From NCBI GenBank assembly GCA_963790415.1, contig CAWBOK010000008.1, forward strand, positions 7,125 to 71,124: a DNA stretch of 64,000 nt, in the 5' to 3' direction. The translations under genes were made by a program, and so were the position numbers. Positions 1 to 11,810 of the stretch are shown here, in pieces. The notes beneath the pieces were generated by a model. The model had not been told where the DNA came from and did not search any database. It was given only the letters and a program-made list of their open reading frames with translations. Source of the stretch: an uncultured Actinomycetota bacterium. GTDB lineage: Bacteria > Actinomycetota > Thermoleophilia > RBG-16-64-13. Each line of letters starts with the position of its first letter. Position 1 is the first letter of the stretch.

Positions 1-1128
1 CTCAACGCGGGAGCGGGTCCGCTGACCCTCTCGGCGTCGCCTGCCGTGTTGGGCGCGAACCTGGACATCCTGCTCGAGTTGCGCAACGCTGCCGGCGCGC
101 TGCTGGCCTCGGGCAACCCCGCGGACCTGCTGGCCGCCACGATCAGCACCACCGTGCCAGGAGGCACCTACTACGTGACGGTCAAGGGAACGGGTAAGGG
201 TGACCCGTCCACCGGGTACACCACCTATGGGGATCTGGGCGCGTACACACTCAGCGCGACGCTGGTCGGGACCGTGGTCCAGAAACCGCCGGTCGCCGTG
301 GCGGTCGCCACGCCGACATCTGGTCTCGCGCCGTTGGTGGTCACGTTCGACGGCACCGGCTCCAGCGACCCAGACGGGAACATCGCCGGGTACTCGTGGA
401 GTTTCGGCGACGGTACCACCGGCTCGGGCGCGACGGTTACGCACACGTATAGCGCGGTCGGCAGCTACGCCGCCGCCCTCACCGTGACAGACAACGACGG
501 GCTCACGGCCGTCGCGACCGTGACCGTGACGGCCACGTCGACGAACCAGCCGCCCACGGCGGTCGCCACGGCCACGCCGTCCTCGGGCTACGCGCCGCTG
601 TCCGTTGTCCTGGACGGTTCCGGTTCCCGCGATCCCGACGGCTCGATCGCCTCGTACGCGTGGAACTTCGGCGACGGGACCACCGGTAGCGGAGTGAGAG
701 TCACGCATGCCTACAGCAAGATCGGCACCTACGCCGCGGTCTTGACTATCACCGACAACAAGGGCGCGAAGGCCACAGCGTCGACGCAGATCGTGGTGAC
801 CGGGAATCCCGCCAAGGTCTTGCGGGTGACCTCGATAAGCCTCACCTCGACTCGTGTAAGCGGCCGGACCGTCGTGAAAGCTACGGTGAAGGTGACCGAC
901 CTCAACGGGTTGGGCGTGAGCGGCGTCACGGTCAAAGGGACGTGGAGCGGTGTGATAGCGGGGACGACCTCGAGAGCGACCACCACCGGCGGCACGGTCC
1001 TGCTCACCTCGAGCGCGTTCACCAAGACCGGGGTGGTCACCTTCTCGATCACCGGGCTGACCAAGTCGGGCTACACCTATGACGCCACCAAGAATCTGGT
1101 GACCTCGGCCTCGATCACGATCAAGTAG
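1..1128 (+). CDS. Secreted PKD-domain protein, 5' partial (PPC-like domain followed by two PKD domains)
   Basis: Frame is open from base 1. Two PKD repeats (FDGTGSSDPDGNIAGYSWSFGDG...HTY; LDGSGSRDPDGSIASYAWNFGDG...HAY) follow a PPC-like segment (LDILLELRNAAG...GGTYYVTVKG). Confidence 0.8.
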   Translation, partial: LNAGAGPLTLSASPAVLGANLDILLELRNAAGALLASGNPADLLAATISTTVPGGTYYVTVKGTGKGDPSTGYTTYGDLGAYTLSATLVGTVVQKPPVAVAVATPTSGLAPLVVTFDGTGSSDPDGNIAGYSWSFGDGTTGSGATVTHTYSAVGSYAAALTVTDNDGLTAVATVTVTATSTNQPPTAVATATPSSGYAPLSVVLDGSGSRDPDGSIASYAWNFGDGTTGSGVRVTHAYSKIGTYAAVLTITDNKGAKATASTQIVVTGNPAKVLRVTSISLTSTRVSGRTVVKATVKVTDLNGLGVSGVTVKGTWSGVIAGTTSRATTTGGTVLLTSSAFTKTGVVTFSITGLTKSGYTYDATKNLVTSASITIK

Positions 1129-1158
1129 GAGCGGCGCCCGCCGGCCACGCGCACGACT

Positions 1159-1197
1159 TCGGGCTCGGGCGCCCCGCCTTACGGGGTCCGAGCCCGA
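1159..1197. terminator. Stem-loop between convergent genes, probable terminator
   Basis: TCGGGCTCGG...CCGAGCCCGA inverted repeat with an inner CCCC/GGGG pairing, lying between the PKD gene stop and the guaB stop. Confidence 0.55.
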
Positions 1198-1223
1198 CGC
1201 GCATTTCAGACTGCGGCCGAACC

Positions 1224-2693
1224 CTACCGGCGTTCGCCGTAGTTGGGCGCTTCCTTGGTGATGGTCACGTCGTGCGGGTGGCTCTCGATCAGGCCGGCGC
1301 TGGAGATCTTGACGAAACACGAGCGGGACCGCAGCTCGTCGATGGTCGCGCTGCCGGTGTAGCCCATGCCGGCCCGCAGGCCGCCCACCAACTGGAAGAC
1401 CATGTCGGTCAAGGGACCCTTGTCGGGCACCATGCCCTCGATGCCCTCGGGAACCAGTTTCTTGCGGCCTTCTTGGAAGTAGCGGTCTCCGCTGCCCTCG
1501 CTCATGGCGGCCACGGACCCCATCGCGCGATAGGCCTTGTAGCTGCGGCCTTCCCAAAGGATGCGCTCCCCCGGACTCTCGGTGGTGCCGGCGAAGAGAG
1601 AGCCGATCATCACGCTGTTCGCCCCGGCGGCGATGGCCTTGGCCATGTCGCCCGAGTAGCGGATGCCTCCGTCGGCGATCACCGGGATGTCCGCTTCGTC
1701 CGCGACCCGGCTGCACTCGGACACCGCGGTGATGTGCGGCACGCCGCAGCCCGTGACGATGCGGGTGGTGCAGATGGAGCCGGGCCCGATCCCCACTTTG
1801 ATGCCGTCGACTCCCCGTTCGATGAGAGCGGTTGCTCCCGTCGCCGTGCCCACGTTGCCGGCGATGAGTTGGACGTCGGGGTAGTCCTCCCGGATGGATT
1901 CGATCGTGTCGAGCACTCCTCGCGAGTGGCCGTGCGCCGTGTCGATGCAGATGACGTCGGCCTGCGCTTCCACCAGCGCTTCCATGCGGGCGGCGGTGTC
2001 CGAGGCAACGCCCACGGCGGCTCCCACCCGCAGCCGACCGAGCTGGTCTTTGCAGGCTTTGGGGAACTCGATCTTCTTCATGATGTCTTTGATGGTGATG
2101 AGTCCCCGTAGCTTGAAGTCGTCGTCCACGACTAGGAGCTTCTCTATCTTGTGGATCTTGAACTGCTCTATCGCCTGGTCCAGACTGGTGCCCACCGCGA
2201 CCGTCACGAGGTTCTCGGACGTCATGAGCTCGTATATCGGCCGGGTCAGGTCGTGCTCGAAGCGCGTATCCCGGTTGGTCACGATGCCCGCCAACTTGCC
2301 ATCGGGGTGGATGATGGGCACCCCGGATATCTTGTACTCGGCCATGAGGGCCTCGGCGTCGCCATAGGTGGCGGTGAGGGGCAGCGTGATGGGGTCCACG
2401 ATCATGCCGGCCTCACTCCGCTTCACCTTGCGCACCATGTCGGCTTGGCGTTCGACCGACTGGTTCTTGTGGATGATCGTCAGGCCGCCTTCTCGGGCCA
2501 GCGCGATGGCGAGGGCGGTCTCGGACACGGTGTCCATGGCGGCCGAGAGGAGGGGGATGTTGAGGCTTATCGTTCTGGTGAGTCGCGTGGTCACATCGGT
2601 TTCGAGCGGCAGCACCCTCGACTCCGCGGGCAGTAGGAGGACATCGTCGAATGAAAGCCCTTCCGCCGCGAACTTGCGCTCCCAGTCGATCAC
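1224..2693 (-). CDS. guaB: IMP dehydrogenase
   Basis: [20 protein letters not shown] pair, catalytic [18 protein letters not shown] and VPEGIEG motifs. Confidence 0.97.
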   Translation of the reverse strand: MIDWERKFAAEGLSFDDVLLLPAESRVLPLETDVTTRLTRTISLNIPLLSAAMDTVSETALAIALAREGGLTIIHKNQSVERQADMVRKVKRSEAGMIVDPITLPLTATYGDAEALMAEYKISGVPIIHPDGKLAGIVTNRDTRFEHDLTRPIYELMTSENLVTVAVGTSLDQAIEQFKIHKIEKLLVVDDDFKLRGLITIKDIMKKIEFPKACKDQLGRLRVGAAVGVASDTAARMEALVEAQADVICIDTAHGHSRGVLDTIESIREDYPDVQLIAGNVGTATGATALIERGVDGIKVGIGPGSICTTRIVTGCGVPHITAVSECSRVADEADIPVIADGGIRYSGDMAKAIAAGANSVMIGSLFAGTTESPGERILWEGRSYKAYRAMGSVAAMSEGSGDRYFQEGRKKLVPEGIEGMVPDKGPLTDMVFQLVGGLRAGMGYTGSATIDELRSRSCFVKISSAGLIESHPHDVTITKEAPNYGERR

Positions 2694-2859
2694 GCCGCAC
2701 CTCCCACGTTCGTTTCGTCGATTCTAGCCGAAAGGGGGCGGATGTGCGACGCGATGTCGTACGGCGCGAGGAAGGCGTCTCGTGCCGCGCCCAGGCCACC
2801 CGGCGGCATGCGCGTCGCGTGTACAATCATGTCGTCTCGTTCCGATGGGAAGGAGCCTC

Positions 2860-3396
2860 GTGGAAGGAAGGCCTGGCGACACCGATACCCCGTCGCGAAA
2901 GAAGCGGCGGCCGAAGCTCGACATCCCCCGGTCGGGCCTGGACAACGTCGGCGATGTGGCGGCCGGCATCGGCGTGTTGGTACTGGTCACGTTGACGGCG
3001 GCCTCCTGGGCCACCCTCCCGGACAGCGTGCCCACCCACTTCAACGCCGCGGGCGTTGCCGACGACTGGGGATCCAAGAACTCGCTGCTGCTCCTCCCCG
3101 TGGTGGCGTTGGCGATGTGGGCCGGGCTCACGGTGCTGGCCCGCTTTCCTCAGGCGTACAACTACGTGCGCGCGATCACGCCCGAGAACGCCGCCCGCCA
3201 GTACGCGATGGGCCGTACGTTCGTCATCCTCCTGAAGGCCGAGATGGTGTGGCTGTTCGCCTCCATCCAGTGGATGACCATCACGACCGCGCGCACCGGG
3301 AGCGCCGGTGTGTGGGCGTCGGTGCTCTACGTGTGGATCGCGGCCATATTCGGATCGACGGCCGCCTACATCGTGATGTCGTATCGCGCGGGGTAG
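2860..3396 (+). CDS. DUF1648-domain membrane protein (SdpI/YfhL-like)
   Basis: LPDSVPTHFNAAGVADDWGSK motif and about 4 TM segments. Start uncertain: GTG at 2860 follows an AAGGAG RBS, while the ORF track starts at 2782. Confidence 0.75.
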   Translation: MEGRPGDTDTPSRKKRRPKLDIPRSGLDNVGDVAAGIGVLVLVTLTAASWATLPDSVPTHFNAAGVADDWGSKNSLLLLPVVALAMWAGLTVLARFPQAYNYVRAITPENAARQYAMGRTFVILLKAEMVWLFASIQWMTITTARTGSAGVWASVLYVWIAAIFGSTAAYIVMSYRAG

Positions 3397-3642
3397 AGAT
3401 CCGTCGCACCGTGCGCGCGATGGCGATAGTGCGACGTCCGCCGAAACAACGCAAGCCGGCACGTGGACCTCAAGGTTCCGTCATCCGCGGGCGGTATGAT
3501 TGGTTCTGTCCGCAGACGCGTCAGTGCATGGAGTATTGCATGTTTGATATTATGCATAATGAACTGCAGTGTCTGCCGCAGCCCGCCCCTGCCGCGGGGC
3601 TCCTGGACCCTTGCCCCGCGTGATCGCGTAGGGTGGCGGTCC

Positions 3643-4914
3643 ATGGCCTTCTGCTTCGTCCACGCAGCCGATCTGCACCTGGACACGCCCTTCGAGGGGG
3701 TGGCCGAGACCTCCGGCGCGGTCGCGGAGAGGTTACGGGACGCGTCTCTGGAGGCTTTCGACCGACTGGTGCGCCTGGCGATCGATCGGCGGGCGGCGTT
3801 CGTGGTCCTGGCGGGCGATCTGTACGACGGGGCCGAGCGCGGGGTGCGCGCGCAACTGCGTTTCCTGCGCGGCCTGGGGGTTCTGTCGGCGGCCGGCATC
3901 CCGGTGTTCGTGGTGCACGGCAATCACGACCCGGTGGGAGGGTGGCCCGGGGTGCGTGAGTGGCCCCCGGGTGTGACGGTGTTCGGCAGCGACCAGGTGG
4001 GTGTGGTCCCGGTGACGCGCGACGGCGCCGTGCTGGCCCGGGTGTATGGCATCAGCTACGGCCACCGCGAGGTGACCGAGAACCTGGCTCTGCGTTTTCA
4101 CCGAGAAGAGGGGGCCGGCCTCCACATCGGCCTGCTGCACTGCACTGTGGGGGACGATCCGGCACACGGCCGCTACAGTCCCTGCTCCTTGGGTGATCTC
4201 CAGCGCGCGGGCATGGACTACTGGGCTCTCGGTCACGTCCACACGCGACAGGTGCTCCGCGAGGGCCGCCCGTGGGTGGTCTATCCGGGCAACACGCAGG
4301 GGCGCAGTCCCAAGCCCAGCGAGCGGGGCGCGAAGGGCGCCTGTGTGGTGCGCGTGGAAGGCGGCGAAGTGCGGGCGGTCGAGTTCGTGGCGCTCGACCG
4401 GGTACGGTTCGCAGCCTTCGAAGTGGACGTCGCGGGAGCGGCCGACCTGGGCGCCCTGCGGGCGCGGCTGGCAGCGGAAGTCGATGCCCTGACGGCCACC
4501 GGCGCCGGTCGCGACCTGGTGGTACGGTGCACGTTGCGAGGCAGAGGAGCGGTTCACGCCGACCTTCGCTGTCACGGGGGGGTCGATGAGCTCCTGCGCG
4601 ACCTGCGCGACGAGACCTACGGGGGTCGTGTCTGGTGGGAGGGCCTGCGCGACCTCACCCGGCCGGAGATCGATCTGGAGGCGGTGCGTGGCCGGGGGGA
4701 CTTCGCCGCCGAGCTGCTGCTCCGGGCGGACCGTCTGGCCGCCGACGGCGCCGAGTTGACGAGCTTCGTGCAGACGGCGCTGCGTGGGAGCGCCCCCTCG
4801 GGAGTCCACCGCCACCTGGCGTCTTCAGACCAGTCCGAGGCGAAGGCGGTGATCGAGGAGGCGCTCTTCCTGGCTCTCGATCTGCTTGGGGAGGAGTCGG
4901 ACGCGTGTACATAG
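3643..4914 (+). CDS. SbcD/Mre11-family (YhaO-like) metallophosphoesterase nuclease
   Basis: FVHAADLHLD, LAGDLYD, HGNHD, ALGHVH and YPGNTQGR motifs. ATG at 3643. Confidence 0.9.
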   Translation: MAFCFVHAADLHLDTPFEGVAETSGAVAERLRDASLEAFDRLVRLAIDRRAAFVVLAGDLYDGAERGVRAQLRFLRGLGVLSAAGIPVFVVHGNHDPVGGWPGVREWPPGVTVFGSDQVGVVPVTRDGAVLARVYGISYGHREVTENLALRFHREEGAGLHIGLLHCTVGDDPAHGRYSPCSLGDLQRAGMDYWALGHVHTRQVLREGRPWVVYPGNTQGRSPKPSERGAKGACVVRVEGGEVRAVEFVALDRVRFAAFEVDVAGAADLGALRARLAAEVDALTATGAGRDLVVRCTLRGRGAVHADLRCHGGVDELLRDLRDETYGGRVWWEGLRDLTRPEIDLEAVRGRGDFAAELLLRADRLAADGAELTSFVQTALRGSAPSGVHRHLASSDQSEAKAVIEEALFLALDLLGEESDACT

Positions 4915-7900
4915 AGGGGTGGGGTGTCGACGGGTTCGGGGTGTTCCACGACTACGAGGAACGCGATCTTCCCGCAGGGCTCTGTCTGTTTCTGGGCCCG
5001 AACGAGGCGGGAAAGAGTACTCTGCTGTCCTTCCTCCGCGGTGTCTTGTTCGGCTTTCCCGCGCGCAAAGCCGCTCAGCACTATCCGCCGCAACGCGGTG
5101 GTCGCCACGGGGGGAGGGTGTTCCTGGGGGGAGCGGGGGTTCCGATCGCGGTGGAGCGGGAAGTGGGCGTCAAGGCGCCGCGTATCGTCTATCCCGATGA
5201 TGTCGAGTCGGGCGACGTGGCCGTCCGTCGTCTCCTCGGCGGCGTAGACGACGGTCTCTTTCGCTCCGTCTTCGCCTTCGGCCTCGCCGAGTTGGCCGAC
5301 CTGGGTAGTCTTTCGTCGGCGGGGGTGAGCGAACGGATCTTCTCCGCGGGCATAGCCGGCGCGGGCCCTATTGCCGGGAGCGTCTCGAAGCGGCTCGACA
5401 AGGAGGCTTCGGAGCTCGTGCGTCCTCGCAGCGGTGGGCTGGGGAACGAACTACTGCGGCGTCTCGGCGAGGCGGAAGCGACCGCCCGCGACGCGGCGCG
5501 GCAGGCGGAGGGATACCCCCGGCTGGTGGATGAAGAGGCCGGACTCGGCACTGAGGTCGAACGGATCCGGCGTGCCGGGAACGACGCCGACCGCCGGGAG
5601 CGCCGCGCCAGGCTCCTGGGAGAAGCCTGGCCCGTCTATAGCGACCTGTGTTCGGCGCGCGAACAGCTACAGGCGCTCGAGGACACCCTCGGTGCGCCGG
5701 GAGCGCAGCAAGCCGCCGACGATGGCCTGCTTCTCCTCGAGCCGCGCGCAGCCGCGGCGGCCCATACGGTGGAGCTGCAGCGCGATCGCCTCGGTCGGCT
5801 GCCGGAGCTGCGCGTCCTCGCCGACGGTCGAGCGGTCGCTCTGCAGCGGCGGCTGGCCGATCTCGGGGCGGGTTGGGACACGGTGCGGGTCCGCGCTTTC
5901 GACGCCTCCCTGCCGCGGCAGCAAGAGGCCCGTTCCTGGTGGCGCGCGTGTGTGGACGCAGCAGCGGGCGTGGAGGAGGCGCGGCGCGTCCGGTCTGCCG
6001 CCGCCGTCGCCGCGGTCGCTCTCGACCACGAATTGCAGGAGGTTGAGAAGGAACTGGAGGCGATGCCCGCGACCGCCGCGGACGCGCTCGACTCCGCCGA
6101 GGACGCGATCCGTCGACTGCGTGCCGATCTGCCTTCGCTCGGTCTCATAGACAACGACCTGCGAGGCCGCCACGCGATGCTCGACGACCGCCGCAGGCAG
6201 GTGCGCGGCGCGGAGGCCGCCGTCGCCCCGGCTGCCCCGTGGGGAATGGTGGGCCTCGCGTGCCTGGCGGCGGCGATCCTACTGGCGGTCGGGGCGGTGT
6301 GGCTGGCGGTGACGTCGTCGGTAGCCGGCGGCCTGGCGGCCGCGGCCGGGGCGGTCGTGCTGGCGGCGATGGCCGCGGCGGTGCGGGGTTGGGCGGCACG
6401 AGATGGGCGGCGGCGGCAGGCCGCCGCCCGCGAGGCCGTCGACATGCAGGCCGACATCGACGCGATGGCGACCGAGATCGACGACCTTCAGGAACGTCGG
6501 CGATCGTGCGCCGCCGCGATCGCCGCGGCCGCCGCCGCCGTCGGTCTGAACGCGGAGCCGAGCTTCGCCGATGTGGAGTCCCGCGCCGCCCAGCTTGCCG
6601 CCCTGCGTCGGCAGACATTCGCCAGAGGGCAGGCGGAGCAACGTCGGGCCGGGTTGCTGGCCCGACTCGAGGGCGCCCGCGGCGACCTGGCTGGAGCCGA
6701 TGCCGCGGCCGTCGTCGCCGGGGCGGCTCACGCGACGGCTGAGGAGGGTTGGCGGGCCTTTCGGGAAGCGGCCGGTCTGCCCGCCGGCGTGGCGGCGGAT
6801 GATGCCGCCGACCTGCTGCGTGCCATTCAGGCGGCGCAGGACGCGCTCCGGGACGCCGAGGACGTCGGTCGTCAGCACGGCGAAGTCTTGCGTCTGGTCG
6901 ATGAGTGGGAGGCGGAGGCACGCGAGTTGCTTGCCGCGGCGGCTTCGGCGTCGAACGGAGTCGAGGGTGCGACAGCGGTCCCGGGCCCGGCCGCCGCGGC
7001 CGCCGCCGCCCCAGCACCGGGCGCCGTCGCATCGCCGGAAGCCTGGTCAGGGTCCAAGCTGGTGGCTCTGATCGAGCAATTGGCGGCGCGGTGCAGCCGC
7101 GCTCTCCAGGCCCGGGGCGAGGCCGAGGAAGGGCTACGCATGCTCGCCGAGCGCATCCGCGCTCGCGAGGATGACCTTGCCGTTCGCTTGGGGAGCGGCC
7201 CTGATGCCGCGGAGCTGCTCGCCGAACTGGAGACAGGCCGACTGGGAGACTGGGAACTCGAGAGCGAGCGCGCGGCCGCCGAAGCGGCCGCCGCGCGGGA
7301 TGAACTCGAGGCCGCTATCCGCGCCCACCACGACGCCGGGCAGCGGCGTCGCGCGCTCGAAGAGTCCGCCGACGTGGCCGCGCGGCAACTGACGGCGGAG
7401 GGGGTGCGCGCCGAACTGGGGCAGGTCGTGCGGCGCTGGGAGGTGATCGCGGCGGCTCGGGCGCTGATCGATCAGACTCTGGCCGACTACCGTCTCACTC
7501 GGCAGCCGCCGGTGCTCGCCGAGGCCTCCCGCTACCTGGCTCTGATCACCGCAGGCGCCTACGAACGCGTGATCGAGGCCGACGGCGAAGGCTTCCTCGT
7601 GCTCGACGACCGTGGAGGGGCCAAGTCGCCGGACCGGCTTAGCCGGGGCACTGTGGAGCAGCTGTACCTGTGTCTGCGACTGGGCCTGGTGGCGGAGTTC
7701 GCCCGCGGGGCTACGTCGGTGCCGGTTATCATGGACGACGTGCTTGTCGACTTCGACCCCCTCCGCGCCCGGGCCACCGCCGCCGTGTTGCTGGAGTTCG
7801 CGGCACAGCACCAGGTCCTCTTCTTCACCTGCCATCCGCACACGATCGATCTCTTCCATGACGTGGATCACACGATTCCCGTGCGCGTGCTGCCCCGGTC

Positions 7901-7937
7901 GGGGGATGGTGCGTCGGCCGCCTCGGGCCGACCTTGA
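4905..7937 (+). CDS. YhaN-like SMC/AAA_27 ATPase with coiled coil and central TM hairpin
   Basis: GTG start after GAGGAG, overlapping the nuclease stop. Walker A GPNEAGKST, signature LSRGTVEQLYL, Walker B VIMDDVLVDFD, FFTCH. Confidence 0.88.
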   Translation: MYIEGWGVDGFGVFHDYEERDLPAGLCLFLGPNEAGKSTLLSFLRGVLFGFPARKAAQHYPPQRGGRHGGRVFLGGAGVPIAVEREVGVKAPRIVYPDDVESGDVAVRRLLGGVDDGLFRSVFAFGLAELADLGSLSSAGVSERIFSAGIAGAGPIAGSVSKRLDKEASELVRPRSGGLGNELLRRLGEAEATARDAARQAEGYPRLVDEEAGLGTEVERIRRAGNDADRRERRARLLGEAWPVYSDLCSAREQLQALEDTLGAPGAQQAADDGLLLLEPRAAAAAHTVELQRDRLGRLPELRVLADGRAVALQRRLADLGAGWDTVRVRAFDASLPRQQEARSWWRACVDAAAGVEEARRVRSAAAVAAVALDHELQEVEKELEAMPATAADALDSAEDAIRRLRADLPSLGLIDNDLRGRHAMLDDRRRQVRGAEAAVAPAAPWGMVGLACLAAAILLAVGAVWLAVTSSVAGGLAAAAGAVVLAAMAAAVRGWAARDGRRRQAAAREAVDMQADIDAMATEIDDLQERRRSCAAAIAAAAAAVGLNAEPSFADVESRAAQLAALRRQTFARGQAEQRRAGLLARLEGARGDLAGADAAAVVAGAAHATAEEGWRAFREAAGLPAGVAADDAADLLRAIQAAQDALRDAEDVGRQHGEVLRLVDEWEAEARELLAAAASASNGVEGATAVPGPAAAAAAAPAPGAVASPEAWSGSKLVALIEQLAARCSRALQARGEAEEGLRMLAERIRAREDDLAVRLGSGPDAAELLAELETGRLGDWELESERAAAEAAAARDELEAAIRAHHDAGQRRRALEESADVAARQLTAEGVRAELGQVVRRWEVIAAARALIDQTLADYRLTRQPPVLAEASRYLALITAGAYERVIEADGEGFLVLDDRGGAKSPDRLSRGTVEQLYLCLRLGLVAEFARGATSVPVIMDDVLVDFDPLRARATAAVLLEFAAQHQVLFFTCHPHTIDLFHDVDHTIPVRVLPRSGDGASAASGRP

Positions 7938-9124
7938 TGGATCCTCGCCGCCGCACCGCGGTGCTCCTTGTCTGCGGTCTGGCCATCTTCACGGATGTGG
8001 TCGGCGTGGGGGTGGTTGTGCCGGCCATACCTCAGTTCGCCGCTCTCTTCGGGGCCTCGGAGGCCGCTCTGGCCTATGCGTTCTCGGCCTTCTCGGTGGC
8101 GTTCCTGATCGCGGCGCTCCCGCTGGGGTATGTGGTCGACCGCACGGGGCGGGCCGACCTCGTGGCATTCCTGGGGATGGTGTGCGTGGCCGGATCGGCG
8201 CTCAGCTTCGCGTTTGCCGATCAGCTGTGGATATTTGCTCTGGGCCAGGGTCTCCGCGGTGTTGGCTCAGTGGCGACCTGGGTGGCCGTTCAGCCGCTGG
8301 TGGCCCGCGTCTCCGGCGGGTCTAACGGGCGGGGGATGGGCATGGGAGTCGTCACGCTGGCCATGGGCTTGGGCCTGGTGGTCGGGCCGGCCTTGGGGAG
8401 CCTGGACGGGCTGCGCACTCCCTTCATCGCGTACCTGGGCATCGCGGTCGTGACGGCGCTTCTGGTGCTGGTCGTGCTGCGGGGGGAGCGCACCCACCAC
8501 GGCGCGGCCGGTCTTCACTACGGCGCTCTCCTGCGCCGGCGACGCATCTCCGCGGCCTGCCTGGTCGTGCTCGTGCTGTACGCGGGGGTGGGCATGATGG
8601 AGGTGCTGTTCCCTTTTTACATGGACTCCCTCGGCTACGCGAAGAGTGGCATCGGCCTGTTGTTCGTGTTGCTTGCATTGACCATGGTCGTCAGTCAGCC
8701 ACTCGTCGGGCGGTGGATCAACCAGGTGGGAGCGACCCTGCCTATCGCCGCGTGCCTCGTGTCGGTGGCCGCGCTCCTCACGCTGATGGTCATCGGCCGC
8801 TCGTTCGCCGCGTGGACGCCGGTCTTTCTCGCGCTCGGGATCGCAGTGGGGATGGGGGTCTCGGCGTCTATGTTCCTGGTGGCCGCCGACGCCAGGGCCG
8901 AGGAGCGGGGGGCCGCTTACGGGTTGTGGAACTTCGCCTTCTCCGTAGGCTACCTGGTGGGACCCGTGATCGGGGGGACGCTCGCTCAGACGACCGCCGG
9001 AGGCGGGTTCTTCTCTGGGATTCGATCCCCGTTCGTCGCGTTCTCGCTCATCTTTCTGCTCGCGCTGCCACCCATCGTGGTGCTCGCCGGCGGTGGGCGA
9101 CCCAGGGGTTTGCATGACGTATAA
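7934..9124 (+). CDS. MFS transporter
   Basis: About 12 hydrophobic segments. GYVVDRTGR loop motif and ERGAAYG. Confidence 0.85.
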   Translation: MMDPRRRTAVLLVCGLAIFTDVVGVGVVVPAIPQFAALFGASEAALAYAFSAFSVAFLIAALPLGYVVDRTGRADLVAFLGMVCVAGSALSFAFADQLWIFALGQGLRGVGSVATWVAVQPLVARVSGGSNGRGMGMGVVTLAMGLGLVVGPALGSLDGLRTPFIAYLGIAVVTALLVLVVLRGERTHHGAAGLHYGALLRRRRISAACLVVLVLYAGVGMMEVLFPFYMDSLGYAKSGIGLLFVLLALTMVVSQPLVGRWINQVGATLPIAACLVSVAALLTLMVIGRSFAAWTPVFLALGIAVGMGVSASMFLVAADARAEERGAAYGLWNFAFSVGYLVGPVIGGTLAQTTAGGGFFSGIRSPFVAFSLIFLLALPPIVVLAGGGRPRGLHDV

Positions 9125-9155
9125 TGCGTCGGCGGCACGGGGAGGAGGAGTACCG

Positions 9156-9287
9156 ATGAAGGTCTTGTTTGGCAGCGACGTACTCGACCACCCGCTCGAC
9201 CTCGATTCCGCGAACCTGGAAGACGCGGTCGCTCATGAAGTCGCGAGGGCCGGCGGCGCCTTGGCCATCGCGGCCGTCTCGGGCTAG
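9156..9287 (+). CDS. Small hypothetical protein (43 aa)
   Basis: ATG at 9156 after a strong GGAGGAGGAG RBS, with TATAAT at 9120-9125. Reads MKVLFGSDVLDHPLDLDSANLEDAVAHEVARAGGALAIAAVSG. Confidence 0.55.
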   Translation: MKVLFGSDVLDHPLDLDSANLEDAVAHEVARAGGALAIAAVSG

Positions 9288-9296
9288 GGCGGGCCT

Positions 9297-9958
9297 GTGG
9301 ACGGCACCCTGACGGAGAGCCGCGGCAGACGCCCCTACTCCGTCGGAGAGGAGATCGCGAACAGCGTCATCCACGGCGTGGGCGTGGTCCTCAGTGTGGT
9401 CGGGCTGACGCTGCTGGTCGTGTTCGCCGTCGACTCCGGAGGCGGGTGGGAATCTGGCTGCGGCCGTCATCTATGGCGACCACGCTGCTGCTCGAGTTCA
9501 CCGCGTCGACGCTCTACCACAGCTTCCCGCAGCCTCGGGTCAAACATGTGTTCAAGATCCTGGACCATGCCGGCATCTACCTGCTCATCGCGGGAACGTA
9601 CACCCCCTTCATTCTCGTGACGCTGCGCGGTGACGGCTATTGGTGGATGCTCGCGCTGGTGTGGGCCATTGCCGTAGCGGGCATCGCGGCGGAGGCGTTC
9701 TGGGTCTACCGGCCCCGATGGGTGTCCGTGGTGGTCTACCTGGTGATGGGTTGGCTCATCGTGCTGATCATCAAGCCGCTCGCGAACAACCTCGACCCTG
9801 CCGCCGTGTGGCTGTTGGCCGCCGGTGGGCTGGCCTACACGTTCGGCACGATCTTCTATGTCCTCAAGCGGGTGCCCTACATGCATGCGGTCTGGCATGC
9901 GTTCGTCCTGGGCGGGGCATTGTGTCACTTCTTGGCGGTGGCGTTGTACGTGGTGTGA
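9297..9958 (+). CDS. Hemolysin III / PAQR (TrhA-like) membrane protein, frameshifted near 9445-9480
   Basis: EEIANSVIHG, STLYHS, LDHAGIYLLIAGTYTPF and HAVWHAFVLGG motifs, split over two ORFs. Confidence 0.88.
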
Positions 9959-10022
9959 CGCCGCAGCCCGCGGGCCCGCACGGGGAGGTGCTCCCAGCGC
10001 GATGGGGCGGCCGTGGGTGCCG

Positions 10023-10028
10023 TATAAT
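10023..10028 (+). promoter_or_regulatory. Probable -10 box (TATAAT) for ettA
   Basis: Perfect TATAAT in GC-rich intergenic DNA about 50 bp upstream of the ATG. RBS GAGGAG at 10062-10067. Confidence 0.5.
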
Positions 10029-10078
10029 CTGCCGCTCCACGCTCACCCCCCCGAAGTAGCAGAGGAGAACCCCGCCTG

Positions 10079-11750
<1,672 letters not shown>

Positions 11751-11810
11751 GATCGCCGCGGCGCGCTGGCGGTGTCGCGGCGGCGAAACCGACGACGCGG
11801 GAGGCGGACC

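Noticed and set aside
3643-7937. Nuclease plus SMC-like ATPase as a Wadjet- or Lamassu-type defence system
   Set aside because: It matches the widespread YhaO/YhaN pair, and no additional system components are adjacent.
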